64,000 bases of DNA from Isurus oxyrinchus (Eukaryota): positions 14,632,001 through 14,696,000 of the forward strand of contig JANJGN010000032.1 in NCBI GenBank assembly GCA_026770705.1. Direction: 5' to 3'. A program made the position numbers and the translations under genes. The notes beneath the pieces are model-generated. The model ran no database searches and was not told where the DNA came from. It saw only the letters and a list, made by a program, of their open reading frames with translations. Below, one piece after another: positions 40,424-50,556 of this stretch; the first letter of the stretch is position 1; each line of letters begins with the position of its first letter.

Positions 40424-40834
40424 ATGGGTAGTCTTAGCAGCAGAGAGGCATCTGCTGCCTCCCCGGTTCCACAGGGTTCCAAAACCAAACCAAAGCCAGA
40501 GCCCAAATCAGGAACTTTGAAGATGGGTAAGAGAATGGAAAAAACGTATGAAAATGGTAACCAGGGCTCAACAAAAGGTAGGAGACCCACTGCCCCCCCA
40601 CCGGGGTCACCAGCCGACGTTGTTATAACAGAAACAGGAGATGACAGGTATGCGGTGCCTTTTAGCAGTGACTTATATGGTTGGACACAAGGGGAATGGC
40701 TGTATGGTGGCAGTTTTAAAATACCCCTCATCCAGGCCTGGTGGGATGGAGTGGCTAATGGGGCCGGAGATCCTACTTGGGATTTTGATTATATGATGGG
40801 TTGTTCTGAAAAATGGATGGAGGTAAAAAAGTAG
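40424..40834 (+). CDS. Open 136-aa upstream ERV ORF, Gag matrix-like
   Basis: Starts MGSLSS (MGxxxS myristoylation-like), has a PTAP motif, and contains GNQGS..PPGSPA..W...W..GGSF, which resembles ERV MA. Expression is unknown. Confidence 0.55.
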   Translation: MGSLSSREASAASPVPQGSKTKPKPEPKSGTLKMGKRMEKTYENGNQGSTKGRRPTAPPPGSPADVVITETGDDRYAVPFSSDLYGWTQGEWLYGGSFKIPLIQAWWDGVANGAGDPTWDFDYMMGCSEKWMEVKK

Positions 40835-40919
40835 TAATAGTATACCCAGGGGTTTGAGTCCCCTGGAGGTGAAAAGTAAGTAATTTCTATGTTCTCTTTT
40901 GTGAATATTATTAAGTAAA

Positions 40920-41110
40920 ATGGGAAATATGACATCAAAGAAACCCCAGGTTCCCCCTTTGAAGGGAACCCCAAATGCTTATATGTATGTCCATTATGTC
41001 CTGAAATTGTCCAATATGTTTCTGATTGGGTTAAATGGACTCAAAGTAAAGGAGAGAACTTCCCACCAGCTGGAACTTTTAATCAGGACAGAATTGAGCA
41101 CTTATAATAT
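40920..41110 (+). pseudogene. gag: gag matrix fragment (frameshifted)
   Basis: MGNMTSKK..KGTPNAYMYVHY, then after a frameshift PEIVQYVSDWVKWTQSKGENFPPAGTFNQDRIEHL*. This is a typical gamma/epsilon-like MA pattern. Confidence 0.7.
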
Positions 41111-42022
41111 GTTTTAAGGGAGGTAGATAGAATTGTCTTGTGTGTGTGTAGTTGAGCACTTTAGAGTCGAAAGCCCCATATTAGATTAAAGGAAAAGTTT
41201 ATTCAAATATTCCAAAGTTTTGAGTATAAGGTTTGAGTTGAGATTTCTGGTAAAAATCACAATTTGAAGAGCTTGCCTTTGTTTGAGATGAACCAACCCT
41301 TGTACCACCCCCTTGCAGACTAGTAGGGAATAACCCTCATCATCAGCTTTCAAGCTGATTGGGATTAATACATATGAGTTAGTATTCTAAAAGTCTGAGA
41401 GAAAAAAGAAAAAATTACTTGAAATTCAGAAAGATTCTAAGGAAACCAAAAGACATGAACGCAAGGTCTAGATGGTTCCAATGGATAAAAAGGGGTTTCT
41501 TATGAAGAGATGAATTAAATATTAGAGGAAATCTGCTTTCCAAAATCACTGGAATTTGAATTTGGGATAGTCTTGAGATGTAAAGTGGTGTAATTTAACA
41601 GATTACTTTTGAATCACTAGGATGCTATCTAAGATAAAGAATGTGTCGATAAACATATGGAAATTATAACTTGGATACAAATCATTACACATGAAAAAGA
41701 GGTTGTTTTAATTCTGATAGTGTAAATTATAGTTCTTACAAGGTTTAAAAAATTGAGGGTTGGTTCCTGATAATTTCTCAAAAGGGAATTTTCATTTTAA
41801 AAGGTTTGACAACAATGGGCATTAATTCAAATGCTGCAAGCTTTTGTGTTTGTAAGTCTGTTCCCAAAATGTGAAGTTAAGCTCAAGATCTTGACAAAGT
41901 TTGGCAGAAATCCATTTTTTGGCCGAGTTAATGAATCTGGGATAATGCAAAAAAAGAAAAAAAATTCAGACATAATTCAGTGGGACAATAAGATGTTGTT
42001 TGAGAAGAAGATAAGGAAGCAA

Positions 42023-42315
42023 TCACTTTAGCAGTAAAATGAGGCCCTGTATCACTCGATAAAATCTCGGGTATCCCAAATCTGGGTATGTATTCACGCA
42101 ACAACAATTTTACAACAATAACAGCATCATTTCATCGGGTGGGATACGCCTCCACCCATCGCGAGAACAAACATACTAGAACTAAAACATAATTATATCC
42201 CATATATTTAGGCATTTGTATAAAGTCCATTTGTAGGTGTACAAACGGGTCCCACGGCTGGGGTCCTGTACCAGCAGTCACTGTGGGCGTCTTGCCTGGG
42301 TTATGTCATTGACAT
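42023..42315 (-). pseudogene. pol: Integrase A, core N-half (inverted within provirus)
   Basis: Reads HNPGK..GPFVHLQMDFIQMPK..YVLVLVCLFS.WVEAYPT..EYIPRFGIPEILSSDTGPHFTAKV, covering the first two acidic residues of DDE. A copy lies at 29820-30067 (+). Confidence 0.85.
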
Positions 42316-42343
42316 AGGTATGACAGGTATTACTAATACAATG

Positions 42344-42967
42344 ATAAAAACAAAAAAACTGCAGATGCTGGAAATCCAAAACAAAAACAGAATTACCTGG
42401 AAAAACTCAGCAGGTCTGGCAGCATCGGCGGAGAAGAAAAGAGTTGACGTTTCGAGTCCTCATGACCCTTCGACAGAACTTGAGTTCGAGTCCAAGAAAG
42501 AGTTGAAATATAAGCTGGTTTAAGGTGTGTGTGTGGGGGGAGGAGAGAGAGAGAGAGGTGGGGGGTGTGGTTGTATGGACAAACAAGCAGTGATAGAAGC
42601 AGATCATCAAAAGATGTCAACGACAATGGTACAATAGAACACATAGGTGTTAAAGTTAAAGTTGTGATATTATCTAAACGAATGTGCTAATTAAGAATGG
42701 ATGGTAGGGCACTCAAGGTATAGCTCTAGTGGGGGTGTTTTTTTTTATATAATGGAAATAGGTGGGAAAAGGAAAATCTTTATAATTTATTGGAAAAAAA
42801 AAGGAAGGGGGAAACAGAAAGGGGGTGGGGATGGGAGAGGGAGCTCACGACCTAAAGTTGTTGAATTCAATATTCAGTCCGGAAGGCTGTAAGGTGCCTA
42901 GTCGGAAGATGAGGTGTTGTTCCTAAAGATGAGGTGTTTTTCCAGGTAATTCTGTTTTTGTTTTTTT
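42344..42967 (-). mobile_element. Penelope 3' fragment inserted after the duplication
   Basis: 16-bp TSD TATTACTAATACAATG at 42328-42343 and 42968-42983. The empty site is present at ~29791-29806. Confidence 0.95.
42442..42480 (-). ncRNA. Minimal hammerhead-ribozyme-like motif (variant core CUGUCGA)
   Basis: AGUU-CUGUCGA-AGGGUC(AUGAG)GACUC-GAAA-CGUC-AACU. PLE pseudo-LTRs are known to carry minimal hammerheads. Other copies at 16481-16519, 14619-14658, 31382-31420 and 48677-48714. Confidence 0.65.
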
Positions 42968-42969
42968 TA

Positions 42970-43885
42970 TTACTAATACAATGCCTATTAGTATATTACC
43001 ATTCACTATACATTCAACATTCATTCTACATACACGTGTTAAACCCCTGAGCTGGCAACCGGTCAAGTCATGATTCTTGTGTCTTAAGAGATTCAATAAA
43101 TGCTCATTAGTTACCCATAAAGGGCCTACCCCTTCTTTAATCTGTGTTAAGTTTCCTCAGGCTTGTTCCAGTGCCCAAGATCCATTGGTGTTGCATACAT
43201 CATTTCTGCTCTCTTCGTCTGAAATATTTTTCCCTACTTCAATTAATTTATTGATAGTCCCCACATGACTTTCGAGCACGGTAGCCAGGCTTTGGATTAA
43301 CCAATGATGTCCCTATATTGAATATCGTAGCGGCATCCTTTATCAGGCTGCGCTTAACACGGTTCCCTCCCAAGCCTGATCACATCTCGCCATTGAATTG
43401 AACTGCTTCAGTCATCAACTGGCGTGTCAGAGATGTATAGAGTGCTTGGGTATGGGTTGAGCACCACTGAGGCAGGATGATTCCGGATATATTCAAGACT
43501 ACGGGTACCAGCTCATGGTGTACATTATCATACAAAACTTCTGATTAACCAGTACCAAACCATTCGTTGGTCCTGGATGCATAGTCGGACAAGATGGGTC
43601 AGTCAGTGTGGTTTTTAGGGTCTTCAATTATCTCTACTCGGACTGTGAAAGTAGAGGTGGAAGGTGGCTGGGTAGCGGTGGACCTCCCATGCCCGATCTG
43701 AAGCAAACCCTTACTACAATTTGAAAGCACTTGTTCTCCTACTGTTACATTTATCATTCCCCGTTGCGTGTCGCATTCGGCACTGTCCGTGGTGTACCAA
43801 AGTTCCTCCTGCGGTGCGGGATGAGCGGTGATGATCCCTAACCTTGTTGCCAGTACTGATACACCCATGACTAGGATCGTAGATC
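42970..43885 (-). pseudogene. env: env B fragment (non-gamma; lokiretrovirus/F-like by recalled motifs)
   Basis: Signal-peptide-like ILVMGVSVLATRLGIITA, then PGPTNGLVL, ELVPVVLN.SGIILP, furin site RVKR and fusion-peptide-like SLIKDAATIFNIGTSLVN. Contains stops and frameshifts. Confidence 0.7.
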
Positions 43886-43909
43886 TGTGGAGACATTAAC
43901 ATCGGCTCT

Positions 43910-44480
43910 CGTTCTCATATCTACAAGTGCGCATGTATCACCTGTCATAATTACCTCGTATGGTCCATGCCTGTTCGCTTCGAGCTCACCCTAGCCATCA
44001 CCTTTTTCCCCACTTGGAGGGGTCCGTTGTTGCTCTTTGGATTTGCCTGTTTCCATATCCTTAATCATCTGTCAGTCTCTAACTTCCTCTCTCAACTCAC
44101 GTAATTGCCTACTTAATTCCCTTACATTGTCCTGTATTTTTCCTTTCAGTGGCCCTACACCTCCTACTATAATGCCTTCAGGTAATTGCACGGCCCTTAC
44201 CTGTTATCAATTCAATGCGGTGAACCTGGTAGTCCTATTTGGTGTAGCCCTAAGGCATATCAGAATGCTGGGCAATACAGTGGCCCAGCTGTTGCCTGTC
44301 TCCTGAATTGCTTAGGCTATAGATGTTTTTAAAGTTCAGTTTATCTTTTCCACCATCCCTGGACTCTGAGGGTGGTAAGGAATATGGAATTTATATTTAA
44401 TCTCCATAAGATTATACACTTCTTTAATGACTCTACCTGTGAAATGAGTTCCCTGATCTGAATCCATCTGGGTAGGCACC
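43910..44480 (-). pseudogene. pol: Integrase B fragment (second, divergent integrase)
   Basis: GVPTQMDSDQGTHFTGRVIKEV..HIPYHPQSPGMVEKIN*TLK..QETGNSWATVLPSILICLRATPNRTT. Confidence 0.85.
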
Positions 44481-45481
44481 TCCATTCCTTCCAGTTTACT
44501 TTCTCCTGCTGCTGTCTCATGTCAGGCCTCAATTCCTTAAACTGCCAACACAACTCTACAGTGCACCTTCTTATCCTTTCTTTCAATGGCTCAGTATCTT
44601 CACTCCCAGTGATGGTTTTCTCTGGGAACCGCTTAACTCTGTCTGTCATCAAGGTATTAATCCTGTGGTCTTACTCTTTGTAGCTTGCAGGCACCTTAAT
44701 ATAGTCAGTAATGCATCTATTTAGCCTTTTCCCAGCTTTCCCTTCACTTGGATCCATCTTGTGGTAAATTGTTGTTAAGTATTATTTCTCCTTACATTTC
44801 AATTCCTGAACTACAGATTCCACGTAGTTTTACCTCTTAAGTTTTTTTTTTCTTGACCATGATCATCCTAAGATTCTCTTGAGTTCAGTTTCTCTATTGT
44901 CTTGATTGTTTAAAATGTTTCCTTACTCTTTAGGCAGTTCTAATGCCTCAGTTGATGGCCATCTTATCTTGTTCAGGTTGTCTGGAGAGACTTTACAGTC
45001 CAATAAAGTATTCTCATAACAGTTTTAAAACAGAAATCAAACATTGACATGTTTTGCTTCCTTATCTTCTTCTCAAACAACATCTTATTGTCCCACTAAA
45101 TTATGTCTGACTTTTTTTTCTTTTTTTTTGCATTATCCCAGATTCATTAACTCGGCCAAAAAATGGATTTCTGCCAAACTTTGTCAAGATCTTGAGCTTA
45201 ACTTCACATTTTGGGAACAGACTTACAAACACAAAAGCTTGCAGCATTTGAATTAATGTCAATTGTTGTCAAACCTTTTAAAATGAAAATTCCCTTTTGA
45301 GAAATTATCAGGAACCAAACCTCAAATTTTTTAAACCTTGTAAGAACTGTAATTTACACTATCAGAATTAAAACAACCTCTTTTTCATGTGTAATGATTT
45401 GTATCCAAGTTATAATTTCCCTATGTTTATCGACACATTCTTTATCTTAGATAGCATCCTAGTGATAGCATCCCAGTTCCT

Positions 45482-46091
45482 AGGAACTGTTGAGGGCCTT
45501 ACAATGCAACCATCACCTTTCCTGCCCGTACCACCCCCAGTCTACTGGGGCGGTGGAAAGACAACATGGTATTCTGAAAAACAAACTAGCTAAATTATGT
45601 GAAGAAACTGGTTTGAAAGAGCCTGAATTGGCTTGGCGCTAAAGACTATGCGCTCTCACCCTAACCGTACCACCTCCCTTTCTCCTTATGAAGTTGTAAT
45701 GGAATGTCCTATGCGTCTCCCAGTGACCTCACCCTTGTCTGCTAGGGAAATGGACATCCACGCTATGGATGAGGGGATGATTACATACTGTATAGCGCTC
45801 ACTAATTCTCTCAAGAGCTTGCATATACAGGTAGTAGAAGCTCAGAAAAAGCCCACCATTGAAGATTGCCATCAATACCAGCCTGGGGACCTAGTCCTAG
45901 TAAAGACCTTCAGGAGAAAGAACTGTTTGGAACCTCGATGGGAAGGGCCTTTCCAAGTCCTGCTCACCACCCATATGGCAGTGAAGGTTGAAGGACGTCC
46001 CTTGTGGATCCACGCATCGCACATCAAGCGGACGCTGACCTCGGACGGAAGTGCTTGTGCAAGAACTTTAACTGAGCCGTCAGAATGCTGA
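45482..46091 (+). pseudogene. pol: Integrase A, C-terminal half
   Basis: ELLRALQCNHHLSCPYHPQSTGAVERQHGILKNKL, then ..SPYEVV..YQPGDLVLVK..LEPRWEGPFQVLLTTHMAVKVEGRPLWIHASHIK (GPF/WIHASH motif). Confidence 0.92.
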
Positions 46092-46754
46092 CTCTGATTT
46101 TGATCCTGTTCTGCGTGGTCCTTGCGGGGGTATGGACTACCAATTCTGCGGTTCAACGAATGCAGGCCGTAGCCTCGCAAGTTAATCGGACTAAATGTTG
46201 GATTTGTACTCATTTTCCTCTATGCAAAACAGCAGCTGAATTGCATGAGAGGGTGGAAAGGAACCTACCTTGTGCTGCTAACAAATCGAACGGCCCCTGA
46301 AGATTAAAGGGAAGGAAGACTGGGTCCACGCCACTCGCTGTAATAGACATTGTCCAGCAACAATATAGCAGCTGTTATCAAGTGATCTAACTTGTATTAC
46401 GTATTGAAACGGAAAGTTTGAGTAATTTTTATAAAAAAGACTCTTGGTGGTCTGTAATACTAGGTTGGTTCTCCGATTGGGGAAGTTGGTTGCTATACGT
46501 TTTAATTGGGTTGGTCCATAGCATGTGTTATAGGGTGTTGTGCATGTGTTGCTTTCTGGATTTGCTGCTCCCAGATTATCAATGGCGTCTTTACTGGATT
46601 AGGTGGTGCCCCAATTATTCCCCAAATGAGGTGCACTGGCCCCAGTGAAGCCCACTGGTGGGGAGAGAAAGTTTACCCCACCAGAGATCGGCCTTTTCCT
46701 TATGGTTATGAACCCCCATATGAAAGTGAAGATACTATTCCTCACTGGTGTTAA
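46085..46754 (+). pseudogene. env: env A, internally deleted gamma-type envelope
   Basis: Signal peptide MLTLILILFCVVLAG and the CWIC motif (NRTKCWICTHFP), joined to a TM-proximal segment WWSVILGWFSDWGSWLLYVLIG..CC. Confidence 0.8.
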
Positions 46755-46765
46755 TCTAAAAGATT

Positions 46766-46778
46766 AACAAGGAGGGAT
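46766..46778 (+). promoter_or_regulatory. Polypurine tract
   Basis: AACAAGGAGGGAT immediately 5' of the 3' LTR. Confidence 0.75.
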
Positions 46779-47172
46779 TGTGGGAGAATAAAATACATAT
46801 ACAGGATAACAAAGGGTTAAGTGGTTAAACTATATAATGGAATATTACAACGAAAGGTCCTTGAAACTAGGCCCATACGTTTCTCACTAACACATAAAAT
46901 AATAGACTAGTCGCGCTATCAGCTACCTTCCCAGACTAATGGGCGCCAGATGGATTGTGCAAGTGTCAGATGTGGTTGTAAATTAAAAGAACTATTGTGT
47001 GCATGCCAAAAGATATGTACTTTTTTGCTATAACTATGTGTGTACTCTAATGCTTCTCAGAATGCCAGCTAGCTCCATTGTATACTGCTGGGCTCTCCAT
47101 GATATCATGATTCAATAAAGACTTCCAAGACAAACCTCCTGGGTCCTAGTGTTCACTCCGTTTTCCGCGACA
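46779..47172 (+). repeat. ERV 3' LTR
   Basis: Direct repeat of 39680-40071, followed by TSD ACGTT. Confidence 0.95.
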
Positions 47173-47828
47173 ACGTTGCCCTCGAGGAGGCTGTGGTGGG
47201 ACCGAGACCGTTGTTCACCTCCTTGTGGATTGTGCCTTTGCAAAGAAGGTCTGGAGAAAGATGCAGTGGTTTCTGTTGAACTTCATCCCAAGCAGCTCTG
47301 TGACACAGGGACTCTGTGCTCTACGGGCTGTTCCCAGGGACACTCACCGAGACAAACATCAACTGCAGCTGGAGGATCATCAACTCGGTGAAAGATGCTC
47401 TTTGGTCTGCCTGAAACTTGTTGGTTTTCCAGCGCAAAGAGTTGTCCCCGACCGAGTGTTGCAGACTGGCACATTCCAAAGTCCAGGACTACGTGCTGAG
47501 GGACGCACTAAAGCTTGGGGCAGCCACCACAAAAGCACAATGGGGAAAGGTCGCTGTCTAAGACCTTTCTGCCATAGGGCATGGAGGGACTGGGAACTGT
47601 TGAGAGCCCCTCGGGCTGTGCAGCTCACAATGAATGTATGCATTGAATACTAAGAGCATTATAAATGTATTGAAGCACCTCAGAGTGTAACATGATGTAT
47701 ATTGATAACTCCAATCCCATTGTCTGATTGTCTGCATTGACCATATTGAAATGACTGTAATATTCATTGATTATATTGATGCACCTTGTGATACATGTAT
47801 AAAAGTTGAATCTGATTGTACTTTTGCG
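47173..47828 (+). mobile_element. Tx1 LINE part 2 (CCHC knuckle, stop, 3' UTR)
   Basis: Joining across the TSD restores ARCPRGGCGGTETVVHLLVDCAFAKKVW. Stop at ~47561. Confidence 0.9.
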
Positions 47829-48780
47829 ATAAAAACAAAAAACTGCGGATGCTGGAAATCCAAAACAAAACCAGAACCAGAAATACCTGGAAAAACTCAG
47901 CAGGTCTGGCAATGCGGTTTCCTCTACATTGGAAAGAACAAACGCAGACTGGGTGACTGCTTTGCAGAACACCTTCATTCTGTCCGCAAGAATGACCCAG
48001 AACTCCCTGTCCCTTGCCATTTCAACACTGCACCCTGCTCTCTTGCCCACATGTCTGTCCTTGGCCTGCTGCATTGTTCCAGTGAAGTTCAACGCAAACT
48101 GGAGGAACAGCACCTCATCTTCCGACTAGGCACTTTACAACCTTCCGGACTGAATACTGAGTTCAGCAATTTTAGATCTTGAACTCCCTCCTCCATCCCC
48201 ACCCCCTTTCCGATCTCCCTTTTTTTTCAATAATTTATATAGATTTTTCTTTTCCCACCTATTTCCATTATTTTTAAATGTATTCCCATCCATTGTTTTA
48301 TCTCTACCTTTTAGTCTATTTCGATCCCTTCCCTTCACCCCACCCCCAGTGTCAGCTATTAGTCAAAACTAACTACCTCCTCCCAGAATGGAATTTACCA
48401 GCCTTATTGGCATTGCTGAGTTTAAATGAACATGATTGTTGCAGCAGCTATGAGATTAAGCAGTCACTGGGATGTACCTTGCTTGTCCGGCTTTCTACCC
48501 TTAATTAGCACATTCTTTTAGATAATATCACCACCTTCAACACCTCTTTGTTTTTTTGTCTGTGACATCTTTTGGTTATCTCCACCTATCACTGGCCCTC
48601 TATCCAGCTCTACCTGTCCCACCCACCCAACCCCCTTAAACCAGCTTATATTTCACCTCTTTTCAATTTTTACTTAGTTCTGTTGAAGAGTCATTTGGAC
48701 TCGAAACATTAACTGTGTCCCCCTCCGCAGATGCTGTCAGACCTGCTGAGTTTTTCCAGGTATTTTTATTTTTGTTTTTG
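47829..48780 (+). mobile_element. Hybrid Penelope (P1-type 5' part, P2-type 3' part)
   Basis: Matches P1 up to ~48200, then matches diagnostic 31030-31160 sequence. Followed by ACTTAAATATATGA. Confidence 0.85.
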
Positions 48781-50058
48781 ACTTAAATATATGAGATGCT
48801 TACAGTCGACAAAAACAGCAAATGATAGAAATACTCTAAATCAGACAGTATCTGAGGAAAAAACTTACTTCATGAAATGATTTAAAATAGTAAAGATGCA
48901 ACTCTATTCCACCTCAGCGTTACTTAACATATGCAATCTAACCTCTTTGCATGCTGCCTTATAGCCCAGGGGGAAAATCCTCTTCCTGCAGTCTCTTGGC
49001 TTTTTTACCCTCTCATAGCACTCGACTTTCACAGCTCATTTGTCATTCTCTAACTCCAGTGTCAGCTATTAGTCAAAACTAACTACTTCTTCCCAGAATG
49101 GAATTCACCAGCCTTATTGACATTGCTGAGTTTAAATGAACAGGATTGTTGCAGCAGCTATGAGATTAAGCAATCACTGGGATGTCAAGTTGTCCATCAT
49201 CGTCTCCAGGTCAGTGGTTCAGATGCCCCATCTGAAAACTAATATATACTTGACAGCCCTGTTGGCCTTTTAATTGAACCCCTTAACATTTAAGTTTTTC
49301 TCAATACTTACATTTTTAACAAGGGCCCCTAAACCCACCACCTCCATCATAACAGCATAGGCTGAAATTCTATGTGACACTGTAGCCAACATTTATCCCT
49401 CAATCAAGACTACCAAAAGACAATTGGCCGTTCATTTATTTCAACCTTGGGGCAAGGAGCAGAAATCTTATCTGTCTGTTATCTATTGCACATTTGCTAT
49501 TTTGTGATTGTAAAATATTTAAATCTACATCTGAAGTAAACTGATCCACTCTATATTTTGCATCTGACACTTCATGCTGTGTCAATTCTGGTATGTGACA
49601 CAATGTTGTGCATTGACCCAGTTCATGCTTTGTATCTGACAGCCTCTCATAATGTATTGTTCTGCTTCGTTTTTGTTGCTGAGACTTTATGTAATATATT
49701 ATTCCATTCCATAATTTTGTAGCTGGACCTGTACTGATCCATCTCACATTTTGTATCTGGAATTAGCACAATCTGATTAGCTGTCGTCAGAAGTGAGAAA
49801 GTGGCCTGTAGCAACCCCGCCATCCTTTTGTGGCCCAATTCTTTCCTTTACTTCTTACTTGGTGCATACATTTTGCCATTCTGTTCTCTATCTTTTCATA
49901 TGCTGTTTTTTTTGCAGCTTTTATTAAGATTTTGACATGTTTCAACCATCTTTTTGTCTTTTCAATACTTGAACATCCTTAAGACTTTCTCTTTTTCCTC
50001 AATGTCTTTCTTAGTTTTTCTGATTTTCAAATGTTGGTTATCTTTCTATTCAGCCCTA

Positions 50059-50556
50059 GAGTCATTCGGTCATTATAGCACAAGAGGCCATTTGGCCCCT
50101 CAAGTCCATGCTGGCTCTCTCTAGAGCAATCCAGTCAGTCGCATTCCACCTTTCTTCCTCTGTGGCCCTGCAACTAATTCCCTCAAGTGCCCATCCAATT
50201 TCTTTTTGAAATCATTCATCGTCTCCGCTTCCATCACACTCGTAGGCAGCGAGTTCCAGGTCATTACCACTCGCTGTGTAAAAAAATCTCCCTCACATTC
50301 CCCCCCACATCTCTTGCCCAAAACCTTAAATCTGTGCTCCTGATAGTCCTTGGACCATCAGTTAAAGGAACAGCTTTTCTTTGTCTACCTTATCTAAACC
50401 TGTCATAATCTTGTACACCTCTATCAAATCTCCCCTCAATCTCCTTTGCTCCAAGGAGAACAACCCCAGCTTCTCCAACCTAACCTTGTAGCTAAAATCC
50501 CCCCATCTTTGGAACCATTCTGGTTAATCTCCTCTGCACCCTCTCAAGGACCCTCT
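50059..50556 (-). mobile_element. CR1-type LINE 3' end
   Basis: FFTQRVVMTWNSLP..FKKKLDGHL. Confidence 0.85.

Larger units (their letters stand above)
39680..47172 (+). mobile_element. Endogenous retrovirus, non-autonomous mosaic provirus (LTR-PBS-MA-like ORFs-IN/env fragments-PPT-LTR; no RT seen)
   Basis: Two ~393-bp direct repeats begin TGTGGGAG and end CCGCGACA. A 5-bp TSD ACGTT sits at 39675-39679 and 47173-47177. PBS follows the 5' LTR, a purine tract precedes the 3' LTR, and gag MA, integrase and env motifs lie inside. Confidence 0.95.

Noticed and set aside
24565-48210. Inverted duplication as a pure assembly artefact
   Set aside because: Not preferred: the copies differ by scattered substitutions and a TSD-flanked insertion, and the junctions show microhomology and a hybrid element. 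Read data are still needed to exclude it.
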